Notes: generated by a model from the sequence alone, not told the origin. Positions 49,501 to 60,004 are shown, counted from the stretch's first letter. The stretch: 64,000 nt of DNA from Patescibacteria group bacterium (GCA_048499955.1 JASNYX010000005.1:27401-91400); one strand, 5' to 3'. Translations and numbers: made by a program.

Positions 49501-52500
49501 AATTCAACCCCGTCGCACTTGAATTTGCCGCTCCATTTTTATCATTATGGCTATTAGCCCCATTGATCGCATATCTAGTGAGCAAAAAAATCATCTATCA
49601 AACCGAGAATCTAAGCGAGACAGAAAAAGAGTCGTTGCACTCATATGCGGGTAAAATATGGAGATTCTACGATGAATTTGCTTCTACTTCTGAAAATCAC
49701 CTACCTGCCGATAATTTTCAGCAATCACCCGGTGCAGTAATTGCTCATAGAACTTCACCTACGAATATCGGAATGTATATGTTGTCTGCTGTTTCTGCTT
49801 ATGATTTGGGATATCTCAGCACAGGCGAATTTGCGGACAAAATAAAATTAACATTTACAAGCATTTCGAAACTCCTTAAATATAATGGGCACTTGTATAA
49901 CTGGTATGATACTCAAACGCTCCAACCACTTAATACCTACATCTCAACTGTCGACAGCGGTAACTTTATTGCCAGTTTGATTGTGTTAAGACAAAGCTGT
50001 CTGGAAATTTCTGAAACCGGCGCTAACTTATCACTTATTAATCGAGGGCTAGTAGGAATCTTAAATAACTTAAAGGAATCTCTCGAAATTAATATCAAAT
50101 TTATATCACCACTATCAGATATAGCAGAAGAACAATATCAGGACTCTTCTAATCAAGATACAGAAAACAAATTCCAAGGAGACATCGAAAAACTCTTAGC
50201 CGAAGTCAAACAATGGAAATCTGATGAACTGTTTAATCCCGACGATAGAATCAATATTCTTTACTCTTACAAAGAAAAGTTTCACATGTACATGCAAGAG
50301 CTTTCAGTGGTATTAGATGATAGAAGAAATAAGGAAATACAATACTGGCTAGAGTATTTTTACAACCACATCAGTAGATTTGAAAACGAAGCTAATATAA
50401 AGAAAATACCATCGAAAACTAGGAATCTGCTATTGGAATGTGCCAAAAGTGCAGAAAAAATTATCACTCAAACTGATTTCAAATTTTTATACAATGAAAA
50501 AAGAAAAATATTCCACATAGGATGGATTCAATCAGAAAATCGCCATGATAGCGGCTATTATGATTTACTTGCCAGTGAAGCGAGGATCGCCAGCTATCTC
50601 GCAATAGCTTTCGGTCATGTACCGCCGGAACATTGGTTTAGGCTAAGTCGACCTTTAACAAGAGTCGGTAGAACCCCGACTTTACTGTCTTGGGGCGGAA
50701 CAATGTTTGAATACCTAACCCCGACTTTATTCATTAAGGATTATCAAAACACACTTATCGATGAGACTATTAAAGGTATCACTCGCAAACAATGTGAATA
50801 TGGATTTTCAAAGAATATTCCTTGGGGGATTTCCGAATCCGCGTTTTTCGCGTTTGATTTCTTATATAACTATCAATATAGGATGTTCGGAATTCCGGAA
50901 CTATCACTTAAAGTCGAGTTAACAGAAAACCTCGTCGTATCACCGTACTCAACATTTCTTGCACTCCCCTATTTACCGAAAAAATCTTTCGAAAACTTAA
51001 AGAAACTTAAAAACTTTGGTGCTTATGGATCATACGGGTTTTACGAAGCAGTAGATTTCACAAAGAGCAGACTTCAAGGAAATCAAAATTCATCTGTTAT
51101 TTATTCTTATTTTGCACATCATCAAGGAATGTCGATTCTGGCCCTAAACAATTATTTAAATCAGGACATTATCCGAAATCGCTTTCATAGAGATCCTCAC
51201 ATGGCTTCTGCGGAGCTAGTTTTACAGGAAAAAGTTCCGTTGCACGTTTCGTCGAGCAGACCCGTGAAGGAAGAAAAGAAATTACTACACATACAACCAA
51301 AAGTAGCTCAGGGTGGTGTCGGAAGAAATATCAAGACTCCGCACACAGTGGTTCCAAGAATGGGAATACTTTCCAATGGGGATTATTCTGTATTAATTAG
51401 CAACACAGGTAGTAGCCATAGCAAATATAAGGGTACAAGCATAAATTTATACAAAGAAGATGCTACCCTGGATAATAAAGGGATCTATTTTTATATCAAA
51501 GATGAAGAGAATAGCAATTTGTGGTCTGCAACTTATCAACCTACCACTGCAAAACCCGAAAAATATGAGTGTTCACTCTCTCTTAATTCAGTAGAATTTC
51601 AACGACAAGATTATGGCATCGCATCACATCTGGAAATATATGTACCACCAAACAAAAATCTTGAAATACGAAAACTTTCGCTTACAAACCTATCTAAGAA
51701 AGCAAGGCAGCTGGAAGTCACAACATATTCCGAAGTCGCACTCGATACACACAAATCAGTAGCCGCACATCCTGCCTTCAGCAAATTATTTATTGAGAGT
51801 TCATTTTCTGAAGACGAAAAAACTTTGATATTTAGACGAAGACCAAGATCTGAAGAACAAGCCGCTCACTTTGCATTTCATACAATTTTTTCTGATAATG
51901 GCAAAGCAAGGTTTGGTGGATTCGAAACCGACAGATATGAATTTATCGGCAGAGGTAGAACGGAAAATAATCCTAGAGGTGTACACGAGGAATTAAAAAA
52001 TACTCAGGGAGCTGTTTTAGATCCAATCATGTGCATGAGGCAAAAGTTATTTTTAAATCCGGGAGAAAGTGCAACGTTGATTTGCCTAACCGGATATGCA
52101 GAATCTAAAGATGAAGCCCTTAAGATAGTTTCAGAGCTTTCAAGTACCAGCGAAACCAACAGACAGCAAGAACTAGCACGCATCTACTCACAAATAGAAT
52201 TACAACATTTAGGTGTATCGGAAGAACATGGTTATCTTTATCAACAGTTTGCTTCAAGAATAATTTATCCTGATACAAGCCTAAGGGCTTCTGCACAAAT
52301 TGTTGCCTCAAATGTTAAAGGGCAATCCGGATTATGGGGTTACGGAATATCCGGTGATAATAAAATTGTCTTGGTAAAGGCCAGACAGCAGAAAGATCTT
52401 AAACTGGTAAAGGAAATGCTCTTAGCACACGAATACTTAAGGCTTAGAGGATTTACCTTCGACCTGGTACTTTTGGTAGACAACCCCCTTAGCTATAACG

Positions 52501-55211
52501 ATGAACTTTCGGAACAGATACAATCTATAATTGAAACATCTCTGTCACGACCTTGGGTAGATAAACCTGGCGGAATATTTTTGAGAAAATCTGATGCAAT
52601 GCCAACTGAAGATCTTATACTCCTTCAGTCTGCTTCAAGAGTAATTCTGGATGGTGATTTCGGAGATCTAAACGACCATATTAAGCTTGTTTCCAGAACA
52701 GACATACTACCTCCTCCCGAGGGATTCTATTCTAAGCAAATACTTTACGAAGAAGAGGAACTCGAAGATGCGAGCTATCACGTAGCACCGAGCGAAATGT
52801 CATTTGTTAACGGATTTGGTAATTTTTCACATGGTGGGGAAGAATATATTATCAACCTTACAAAACACGAGAATACTCCGCTTCCGTGGTCAAATGTGAT
52901 TTCGAACGGAAAGTTTGGAACACTCCTAACCGAATCCGGTCTAGGATATACATGGTATGAAAATGCACAACTTAACAAAATTACTCCTTGGTCGAACGAC
53001 CCGGTCAAAGATACTCCCGGCGAAGCCATTTATATTAAAGATGAAGTTTCAGGAAACGTGTACTCACCTACTCCATTACCTATAAGAGATTCTGAAAATT
53101 ATCTAATACGCCATGGAAAAGGGTACAGCATATACGAACATGAGTGCGATGGGATTTCTCAAAAACTTGTCGTATTTGTGCCAATGGATGCACCTGTAAA
53201 AATTATTTCACTTACTATACGAAATAATTCAAAGGTTTCTAAAACACTATCCGCCACAATGTTTGCCGAATGGGTGTTGGGAACAAACTTCGAAACTTCT
53301 AAAGATTATGTAATTACAAAATTTGATAAAGAACGAGGCACCATTTTCGCCACAAATCCATACAATGAAGATTATAGAAATAATGTTTCTTTTCTGGCAT
53401 GCAATTCAGAAATTAAGTGGGCAACAAGTAGCAGAAGAGAATTTTTGGGTAGAAATGGTGCGATAAATATTCCGCAGTCACTAATAAATAAAGGTAACTG
53501 GAGCGGAAATATTGAAGTGGTCACATTTGATCCCTGTGGTGCACTTGAAACTAAGTTGGTCCTCGAACCAAATCAGGAAAAAGAAATTATATTCCTTCTC
53601 GGTCAAGCAGAAAACCGTTGGCATGCTGAAGAAATAATAGATCAATACAAACGACCGAAACAGGTACGAGAATCGTTTAATGCTACTAGACACTTCTGGA
53701 AAGATACTCTAAATAAAATCAGCATTAATACCCCAAACCATGAAATGAATACGTTAGTGAACGAATGGTTACCTTACCAAGTTCTATCCTGTAGATTCTG
53801 GGGAAGAACATCTTTTTACCAGGCCGGTGGAGCCTACGGATTCAGAGACCAACTACAGGATTCTTTAGCATTAATATATGCAAACCCCGCGTTAACTCGT
53901 GAGCAAATTCTAAATTCTGCACGTCATCAGTTCGTTGAAGGCGATGTCATGCATTGGTGGCACGCACCAAAAAATAAAGGTGTCAGAACTAAAATCTCCG
54001 ACGACTTACTATGGCTTCCCTATGTAACCTCGGAATACATAAAGGCAACCGGAGATAAATCTGTTCTGAAGGAAACCATTCCTTATCTAAAAATGCCTGT
54101 GCTAAATCCGGATCAGGAAGACTTGTACGGAGAACCTGAAGTTTCTGATATAACAGGAACAATTTACGATCATTGCTTAAGAGCGATCAATCACTCGTTA
54201 AGATTCGGAGAACATGGAATGCCCTTAATCGGAACCGGAGACTGGAACGACGGGCTTAACAGTGTGGGTAATGAGGGTAAAGGCGAAAGCGTTTGGCTAG
54301 GATGGTTTTTATACACAGTATTAAGCGAGTTTTCTAATATTTGCGAGATAGAATCAGACAAAGATACACGGAACGCATTTGAATCTACAGCGAATAAGCT
54401 TAAATTATCACTAAATACAAATACATGGGACGGAAACTGGTATAAACGCGCGTGGTTTGACTCCGGAAAACCACTAGGCTCAAGAGAGAACGAGGAATGT
54501 TTTATAGATTCGATCTCGCAATCCTGGGCAGTGATTTCCAAAGCCGGTGATCCGGAAAAAGCTCAAAAAGCACTGGAATCTGCAGAAGAACACTTGGTTA
54601 AAGAGGAAGATAAAACAATACTTCTTCTTACACCACCATTCAATCATACTCACCCACACCCCGGGTATATTCAGGGATACATACCGGGAATTCGAGAAAA
54701 TGGTGGCCAATACACTCACGCTGCAATTTGGTTTGTGATTGCTCAAGCACTTGCAGGTAATAATAATAAAGCAATGGATCTGTTCGATATGATTAACCCG
54801 ATTAATCACACAAAAAATCCTGAAGCAACTTATAAATATAAAGCTGAACCCTATGTAATTGCTGCCGATGTGTACTCTAACCCCCTGCACAAAGGGCGAG
54901 CAGGTTGGAGCTGGTACACAGGCTCTGCAAGTTGGATGTATCGTGCTGCAATTGAATATATTTTAGGATTTAAATTAATGGGTGACCATATTCTCATAGA
55001 GCCGAATATACCCGACTACTGGGATAATTTTCAGATTACTTATCATCACGGTAATACTAAATACTTTATAAATGTAATAAATAAAAAGACTTTGCCTAAA
55101 GGAAGTATAGGAATCAAGATAAACGGCACACAAATACCGGGTAACAAAATACCCTTAAGTAACGAACAACAAGAATATATGATTGAAGTCGAGCTCGGAG
55201 ATATATCATAG
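46596..55211 (+). CDS. cyclic beta-1,2-glucan synthase-like giant protein (membrane GT84 glycosyltransferase + C-terminal GH94 glucan phosphorylase-like domain), 2871 aa
   Basis: Same size and architecture as Cgs/NdvB/ChvB. TM clusters around aa 420-480 and 840-990 bracket a GT domain ('AIVVPTLIRS...DEDTELP'). The large C-terminal region has GH94-like character. Confidence 0.65.
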   Translation: MLEFVLNINLKNTPNYLSPTYINTKSLEKEVYSVDKLRSYARTLAHVFKSTNNTFAGKSFVEYKIDNAEEVISNGYKKFLDVLSQGKLQLPSTAEWIIDNFYIVEEQFRRIKSDWKPGVYKNLPVLTVEPYLNMPRVYGIAQELVSHTDNIITEETLVEYLNYYQRVSPLSTVEIWALPNMLKICLLENIKFLVYRDLENLQKQQQARGTAEDLVNMIKKHVRLDNKIGRLFPSQQKLDTDFIVYFLQSLREVDVETTQITQLVEEKILEQDINIDEFIRTDINFRAANKVSVGNAITSIRNITSLPWEVLFEEISPVEKLLRLDPGGIYTQMDFGSRDRYRHVIETLSKQSRISETEIVRRILDLARHEKEETPGNIKAGHVGYYLINNTGLTKLKAQIPYEPDFKNRLIDFIRIHPRSSYFLSLTGTLALMLSAIYGTGVYLSIGADSLFYLVTFSAVIMSTPAISLVNTILSSILPPSPPPKIDLKAGIPSYAKTAIVVPTLIRSREKIDHLISNIEKHYLANLDENIFLAILSDYTDAKEKNLDGDSELLEYFKHEIQKLNDKYNVNNPFYLLHRDRVFNPKENKWMGWERKRGKLIEFNRFISGDQKTTYTTVIGDIEKLKEIKYVITLDEDTELPIGCARKLVGGMIHPLNEPVIDQKRKVVIEGYGIIQPLVSIQAPSAVESWFSKSFVRESGVDAYSGIVSEVYQDLLGSSIFSGKAIYSVHAYRETIQERFPENHLLSHDLIEGAYMRVGLASDVEVLEDYPSGLISYLLRQHRWIRGDWQILEWLLPFVPNYKNRLERNPLSLTERWKIFDNLRRSIHPIFLVTLLFISWLGSPGFMQLATAVFLVSLLAGPFSYIFNIMRFRPIGEPFFEYAYIVIQEKFYVLFQSILRVTFSLHQAYINIDAIFRVLFRKYISRKKLLEWTTQQDVQKAEPQTLLDYIGRMWISPLLSVLFGSYLFKFNPVALEFAAPFLSLWLLAPLIAYLVSKKIIYQTENLSETEKESLHSYAGKIWRFYDEFASTSENHLPADNFQQSPGAVIAHRTSPTNIGMYMLSAVSAYDLGYLSTGEFADKIKLTFTSISKLLKYNGHLYNWYDTQTLQPLNTYISTVDSGNFIASLIVLRQSCLEISETGANLSLINRGLVGILNNLKESLEINIKFISPLSDIAEEQYQDSSNQDTENKFQGDIEKLLAEVKQWKSDELFNPDDRINILYSYKEKFHMYMQELSVVLDDRRNKEIQYWLEYFYNHISRFENEANIKKIPSKTRNLLLECAKSAEKIITQTDFKFLYNEKRKIFHIGWIQSENRHDSGYYDLLASEARIASYLAIAFGHVPPEHWFRLSRPLTRVGRTPTLLSWGGTMFEYLTPTLFIKDYQNTLIDETIKGITRKQCEYGFSKNIPWGISESAFFAFDFLYNYQYRMFGIPELSLKVELTENLVVSPYSTFLALPYLPKKSFENLKKLKNFGAYGSYGFYEAVDFTKSRLQGNQNSSVIYSYFAHHQGMSILALNNYLNQDIIRNRFHRDPHMASAELVLQEKVPLHVSSSRPVKEEKKLLHIQPKVAQGGVGRNIKTPHTVVPRMGILSNGDYSVLISNTGSSHSKYKGTSINLYKEDATLDNKGIYFYIKDEENSNLWSATYQPTTAKPEKYECSLSLNSVEFQRQDYGIASHLEIYVPPNKNLEIRKLSLTNLSKKARQLEVTTYSEVALDTHKSVAAHPAFSKLFIESSFSEDEKTLIFRRRPRSEEQAAHFAFHTIFSDNGKARFGGFETDRYEFIGRGRTENNPRGVHEELKNTQGAVLDPIMCMRQKLFLNPGESATLICLTGYAESKDEALKIVSELSSTSETNRQQELARIYSQIELQHLGVSEEHGYLYQQFASRIIYPDTSLRASAQIVASNVKGQSGLWGYGISGDNKIVLVKARQQKDLKLVKEMLLAHEYLRLRGFTFDLVLLVDNPLSYNDELSEQIQSIIETSLSRPWVDKPGGIFLRKSDAMPTEDLILLQSASRVILDGDFGDLNDHIKLVSRTDILPPPEGFYSKQILYEEEELEDASYHVAPSEMSFVNGFGNFSHGGEEYIINLTKHENTPLPWSNVISNGKFGTLLTESGLGYTWYENAQLNKITPWSNDPVKDTPGEAIYIKDEVSGNVYSPTPLPIRDSENYLIRHGKGYSIYEHECDGISQKLVVFVPMDAPVKIISLTIRNNSKVSKTLSATMFAEWVLGTNFETSKDYVITKFDKERGTIFATNPYNEDYRNNVSFLACNSEIKWATSSRREFLGRNGAINIPQSLINKGNWSGNIEVVTFDPCGALETKLVLEPNQEKEIIFLLGQAENRWHAEEIIDQYKRPKQVRESFNATRHFWKDTLNKISINTPNHEMNTLVNEWLPYQVLSCRFWGRTSFYQAGGAYGFRDQLQDSLALIYANPALTREQILNSARHQFVEGDVMHWWHAPKNKGVRTKISDDLLWLPYVTSEYIKATGDKSVLKETIPYLKMPVLNPDQEDLYGEPEVSDITGTIYDHCLRAINHSLRFGEHGMPLIGTGDWNDGLNSVGNEGKGESVWLGWFLYTVLSEFSNICEIESDKDTRNAFESTANKLKLSLNTNTWDGNWYKRAWFDSGKPLGSRENEECFIDSISQSWAVISKAGDPEKAQKALESAEEHLVKEEDKTILLLTPPFNHTHPHPGYIQGYIPGIRENGGQYTHAAIWFVIAQALAGNNNKAMDLFDMINPINHTKNPEATYKYKAEPYVIAADVYSNPLHKGRAGWSWYTGSASWMYRAAIEYILGFKLMGDHILIEPNIPDYWDNFQITYHHGNTKYFINVINKKTLPKGSIGIKINGTQIPGNKIPLSNEQQEYMIEVELGDIS

Positions 55212-55318
55212 AAATCCGACTACGAAAGATTTCCATTTGCTTTCCATTTTGTACCTTTACTGATAAAGTTAATAAGAATTTTAATAATAGATAACTATCT
55301 ATGTAATATTCTTGCATA

Positions 55319-55681
55319 ATGGAAACTAGGAAAAAAATATTAATTGCAGATGACGACCAAGCAATACTGGAAGCAATGACTTTAATGCTTGAAGATGCCG
55401 GTTATGAGGTAATGACTACAATAGACGGGACAGTTGTAAACGATATGATAAATCAGCTTCCTGACTTACTATTACTCGACATCTGGATGTCAGGTATAGA
55501 AGGCCAAGTTGTATGTAAAAATTGGAAGAGCCAAGAAATTACTAAATCAATTCCGATTATAATAATATCTGCCAATACAGATACTGAACAAATTGCCAAA
55601 GATTGTGGAGCCGATGACTATCTAGCAAAACCATTTGACATGCACATACTCTTAAGTAAAATAAGTCGTTACATCGGATAA
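55319..55681 (+). CDS. single-domain response regulator (receiver only), paralog of 37619..37987
   Basis: 'ILIADDD', 'LLLLDIWMSG' and 'DDYLAKPFD'. About 50% identical to the other receiver. Confidence 0.8.
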   Translation: METRKKILIADDDQAILEAMTLMLEDAGYEVMTTIDGTVVNDMINQLPDLLLLDIWMSGIEGQVVCKNWKSQEITKSIPIIIISANTDTEQIAKDCGADDYLAKPFDMHILLSKISRYIG

Positions 55682-55695
55682 TCGATCTATCTACC

Positions 55696-57039
55696 TTACG
55701 TCACGACACCAATTTTCCTTGCTAAATAAGGAGTAAGCGGAGGTTCCAAAACTAAAGTAAGTAATATAACCCACATTCCCATAGAAATAACAAAATCGGA
55801 GTTAATTATATTAAACGCAGAAGCAATCACAATCAAAACCGCAGAAATTATACCTGTTTCCCGAATTAAGCTCAGAAATAATAAATCCTTAAACCGAAAA
55901 GTACCGCTAATAAACCAGGGGAAAAGTGACATAAATACTACACTTGGTCTTACAATAAATATAAAAAATAGCCCAATAGTAATACCCAAAAATGCATTAT
56001 CCAGCAAAGTCGACAAAGGCACCAAAGCACCAAGAGAAATAAAAATAAACGGTTTAATCAGATGATCTAAGAGACTTCCATAAAAATGAGAAACTTTTTT
56101 AAGACCACCATTTGCCTCTGAGATTAATCCGCTAACAAAGGAAGCCAAAAATCCGGCACCACCAAGAACATTACCCACGACAAACGTGAATAGTGGCACA
56201 GAAAGCAACAAAGCAGGATCCTGTTTAGAGTCATCCCCTACTTCATCTTGCTTTTCCATGTAAAATTTTCTTAACAAAGCATAACCAATATAACCGACCA
56301 ATATTCCCGTCATAATTTGCAAGGCTAGTGCATCATAAGCAGCTTTCTGAAATAGCGGTTTCAAGTACGAAGAGATTTCACTTTGTTGGGCGATCGGCAC
56401 TGATATTAATGCTATTAGCAAGAATCTGGTCAAAATGCTCCCGCTAACATCTGTCAAAGCACTTTCCGTAATGGCGATATCTTTTAGAAACTTGCGTTTA
56501 AAATGCATTGTCTTTAGTGTCGGAATAATAGCCGTCGGATCAGTAGATGACAACGCAGCTGCAAGTATTATTATGGATGGTATTAATGAGACGGTATAAT
56601 TGCCCGTTATTGATAGCAAGAGAAGCATAAGTGCTGCAGAGGTTACAGCTGACACAACAATGCCTACTAATGATAATGAGGCGATTGGGAAAAACCATTT
56701 TTGGAAATTCTTAAAAGGAATTTCTAATCCGCCTGCAAAAAGTATAAAAGCTGCCATTACCTCGATCGCCATTTTAAATCCGTCAATATGGTGTGTATAA
56801 AAACCCAATAATGGTTGAAGTGCCATTCCGGCGAAAATCGCCCAAACAAAAGACGGTATAAGTGTTTTTGGTGCAATTCTATTGATATAGTATCCGGCGA
56901 AAAGTATGCCTCCGAACACGAACAGTTGAAAATCAACTTCCTGTGCAATTTCGGGGCTTTTAATGAGTAAATATCTGGCAGCAATTGAGGATACTACCAG
57001 GAAAAAAAGCAAAAAAACATAAGACAGGAAATTTCGCAT
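55696..57039 (-). CDS. cation:proton antiporter (CPA1/NhaP-like)
   Basis: 11-12 TM helices with 'LFAGGLEI' and 'ALSSTDP'. Confidence 0.5.
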   Translation of the reverse strand: MRNFLSYVFLLFFLVVSSIAARYLLIKSPEIAQEVDFQLFVFGGILFAGYYINRIAPKTLIPSFVWAIFAGMALQPLLGFYTHHIDGFKMAIEVMAAFILFAGGLEIPFKNFQKWFFPIASLSLVGIVVSAVTSAALMLLLLSITGNYTVSLIPSIIILAAALSSTDPTAIIPTLKTMHFKRKFLKDIAITESALTDVSGSILTRFLLIALISVPIAQQSEISSYLKPLFQKAAYDALALQIMTGILVGYIGYALLRKFYMEKQDEVGDDSKQDPALLLSVPLFTFVVGNVLGGAGFLASFVSGLISEANGGLKKVSHFYGSLLDHLIKPFIFISLGALVPLSTLLDNAFLGITIGLFFIFIVRPSVVFMSLFPWFISGTFRFKDLLFLSLIRETGIISAVLIVIASAFNIINSDFVISMGMWVILLTLVLEPPLTPYLARKIGVVT

Positions 57040-57099
57040 ACTTATTAAAGACTATCATAATAGAGGCGTAAAGTTCATCTGCAGAAGGTGCACGATGTA

Positions 57100-58704
57100 C
57101 TAATTCTTGAATTCCTTATATTGGTTATCTACCCTAGAACACTTATAAACGATCACCGCTTCGTAAGCAAATGGAGCCGAAGGCCCAAATGCTTTGAGCT
57201 TATTACACATATCTTTTGGTACTAGATAATCCAAATCCCTACGACTAACGATGTAATCAGCCAGTGCTCCCTCAGGCATAAGTTTCGGATTTGTATAATC
57301 TTTTCCGTAAAAGAACGGGGCGAAAGTTTTTATTTGCTCTCGGTGAGTTAATACGGCATTTCGGTTTGGTGCGTCCGGATCGATTTTATTGATATACTGT
57401 GCGGCTTGAGCATAATATTCACCTCTGTTTTTCACCGGAACTCCAAGTGCCTCTACCCCTCCGGGCCCCCCGACCAAATCTGTAAAGTAATACGAGTAGG
57501 CTGGGTAGTACCGATATAACGTTACAGTATAGATAATAAAAAGTATCGCAATAGAAGCGATCTTAGCTTTCTGACTATATTTATAAAAATAATAAAATGC
57601 GTATGAAGAAATCAGTATCAGCGAGGGATAAAAATTGCTAATATAACGGTCCTTCGCCTTATCCGGGATTGTAAGTATCGCAATGTTTAATACCACATAA
57701 GCTATACCCGAATACAAAACAAATTTATCGATCTCATCAACCTTATGTTTCATAAATTTCCGAAGGCCTATAAACAACCCGGCAATCATAAGTAAAAAGG
57801 TGGATGGTAAATTTCTTAAAAAGATAAATTCGAGATAAAACAGCTTCTTAATCCCCGAGATTGTAACTTCTCCTTCACTTGAAAATGCAGTATCAACAAT
57901 ACCTTCATTTATGATCTCCCTAATTGTCCAATAAGGTCGAACCCACATTGAAGGAAAAAGTGCGACAAATACAATCGTCGCTATCAATCCATACTTAATT
58001 AAACCTAAGATAGACTTAAGCCGAATTTTATTTCCGCTGATTCTAAATTCCTGGAAAGCGGCAAATATCACATTCATTAACATTCCAATACCGGAATCGA
58101 TTTTAGTCAGGATTCCAAGTCCGATAAAAATCGCAGAAAGATAAAAGTAATAATTACCGGCCTTAGCTTCATTTTGCTGACGTAAGTAATAATGGTAATA
58201 AAGGCTAAGGAACGAAGCAAACGAAAACATGCCTCCGAGTCCCGAAAGATGAAGGAATTTACTAACACCAAGGAAAAAAGGCTCTAGTGACAAAAAAATC
58301 GTAAAAATTATCGCAAAAGTATTTCCCGTGATTTTGGACATTAGCCACGCACAATATGCTCCAAGCAATGAAATAACCAGTATCAGCGGAAAAATACTTA
58401 CAAAGTTGATTTTAATAAAATGTCTTGAAAGATGACGAGGACTATAATCAAAATAAGATTCGAATGCGGTTTCAAACATCCATTTTGCGGATCCGCTAAG
58501 CCATAATAAAGTGACTCCCGGGTGATATTGCTGATAAGTATATGCATATTCCCCTCTGATCAAATGCTTAGCAAATTTTTCTGTCCTTGGATGCCAATAC
58601 GAGGCATCATAATTGGAAATATCAGATCCCAATGAAATTATTCTGGGGATAAAGAAAATTAAAAAAACGACCGCTAGGAATTTCCAATTTCTAATGGCTA
58701 TCAT
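57100..58704 (-). CDS. GT-C fold glycosyltransferase (ArnT/PMT-like, GT39/GT83 type)
   Basis: Polytopic protein with an N-terminal loop 'YHPGVTLLWL' (compare ArnT 'KPPLyyW') and a large C-terminal soluble domain. Confidence 0.5.
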   Translation of the reverse strand: MIAIRNWKFLAVVFLIFFIPRIISLGSDISNYDASYWHPRTEKFAKHLIRGEYAYTYQQYHPGVTLLWLSGSAKWMFETAFESYFDYSPRHLSRHFIKINFVSIFPLILVISLLGAYCAWLMSKITGNTFAIIFTIFLSLEPFFLGVSKFLHLSGLGGMFSFASFLSLYYHYYLRQQNEAKAGNYYFYLSAIFIGLGILTKIDSGIGMLMNVIFAAFQEFRISGNKIRLKSILGLIKYGLIATIVFVALFPSMWVRPYWTIREIINEGIVDTAFSSEGEVTISGIKKLFYLEFIFLRNLPSTFLLMIAGLFIGLRKFMKHKVDEIDKFVLYSGIAYVVLNIAILTIPDKAKDRYISNFYPSLILISSYAFYYFYKYSQKAKIASIAILFIIYTVTLYRYYPAYSYYFTDLVGGPGGVEALGVPVKNRGEYYAQAAQYINKIDPDAPNRNAVLTHREQIKTFAPFFYGKDYTNPKLMPEGALADYIVSRRDLDYLVPKDMCNKLKAFGPSAPFAYEAVIVYKCSRVDNQYKEFKN

Positions 58705-58810
58705 AGGTGATTAATATTCTCTAAAGCCGACTTATAACCACTAAAATCAACTCAAGAGCACTAATTGGTAGTATACAGGAAACATAAGAAAACGCCCATC
58801 ATACAATGGT

Positions 58811-60004
58811 TTAACGCAGGTATCTATCACAGCGATTTAGTTGATCTGAAAAATCTTCGTCGTGTTCTTTTTCGGCCTTTTTCCAGTAATTTCTGCAAGA
58901 TTGATATGCGGATTCATTTAACTGATATGTAAGTGTAGCTATTTCCTTATTTAGATAATAATATTCTTCCGACATCGACTCGGCCTCCAGATATGAGATT
59001 TTCGAATTCGTGTAACCATCCCATAATATTCCGGCAATATTTATCGTAGTGTCAAACCTAGTTAATAATTTATTTACATTTTTGGTGTCGTAATCCCGGT
59101 TATTTAGAGCTTCCTTCCAGCCGTCACGTAGTTTTCGGGTTTCAATCAACTGTTCTTCCCAAAATTTCACGAACTCATAATCATACTTAACTTTTTGCGT
59201 GAGATCGGGCTCAATACTCCGCAAGTTTTGCACATCAGATGTATATGCAAGCAAACTGACGATATAAGTATCACTTACAGCTACACATTGGGCATTGAAA
59301 TCTCCCAACATGTTTTTTCTATGCCCTTCCGAATTCGCCCACCCATCAACGACTTCACTTGAAACATAAAAACCTTTTGCAATATTTTCCCCCATTCCCG
59401 AGCACACGATATTTCCTGAGTTACAATATTTTTCACGTAATTCATTCCCTCTCGATTCAAACCCTTCGTGTGACCAAACTGTTTTAATCTCCTCAGCTCT
59501 GATCCTTGCGAGATTACACAATGGATCATAATGGTGCAGCCCGATGAGATTGTTACTTTCTCTGTATTTATTAATTAGTAATTCAATCTCCTGTTCGGAA
59601 AGTTTATTAATTCTTTCAGGTTCCTTAACCACTGTGATCTCATTATTTATTCGAATTTGAGAGTTCACCTTACCCAAAATCTCTAGCGCCCTATCTCGTA
59701 TTAAAAACCATGAAAGTATCAATATTATTAGCACTAAGGCTAAATGTGCGAATGATTTTAAAAGCACTGTGCTAAAAGGGAAAAGTTTTAACCAGGTAGT
59801 AAACATTCCAATAAATGACCTAATACCAAAAGAAATTAGAAAAACTTCCAATAATAATAGCGGGTATATATACGAATCGTACTGAGGGCCATCAAGATTA
59901 ACCAATATGACAACAACAGCAATAAATAGCAAACAAGATACTAACCAGGAAATCTGCCAAGCTTTTGCTCTGGAATCATCATTCATAATTCGATTATAAG
60001 ACAA
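58811..60004 (-). CDS. membrane-anchored CAP (SCP/PR-1/YkwD-like) domain protein
   Basis: 'HEGFESRGNE...GENIAKG...VVDGWANSEGHRKNML' matches CAP signature blocks. 3 N-terminal TM helices. Confidence 0.5.
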   Translation of the reverse strand: MSYNRIMNDDSRAKAWQISWLVSCLLFIAVVVILVNLDGPQYDSYIYPLLLLEVFLISFGIRSFIGMFTTWLKLFPFSTVLLKSFAHLALVLIILILSWFLIRDRALEILGKVNSQIRINNEITVVKEPERINKLSEQEIELLINKYRESNNLIGLHHYDPLCNLARIRAEEIKTVWSHEGFESRGNELREKYCNSGNIVCSGMGENIAKGFYVSSEVVDGWANSEGHRKNMLGDFNAQCVAVSDTYIVSLLAYTSDVQNLRSIEPDLTQKVKYDYEFVKFWEEQLIETRKLRDGWKEALNNRDYDTKNVNKLLTRFDTTINIAGILWDGYTNSKISYLEAESMSEEYYYLNKEIATLTYQLNESAYQSCRNYWKKAEKEHDEDFSDQLNRCDRYLR

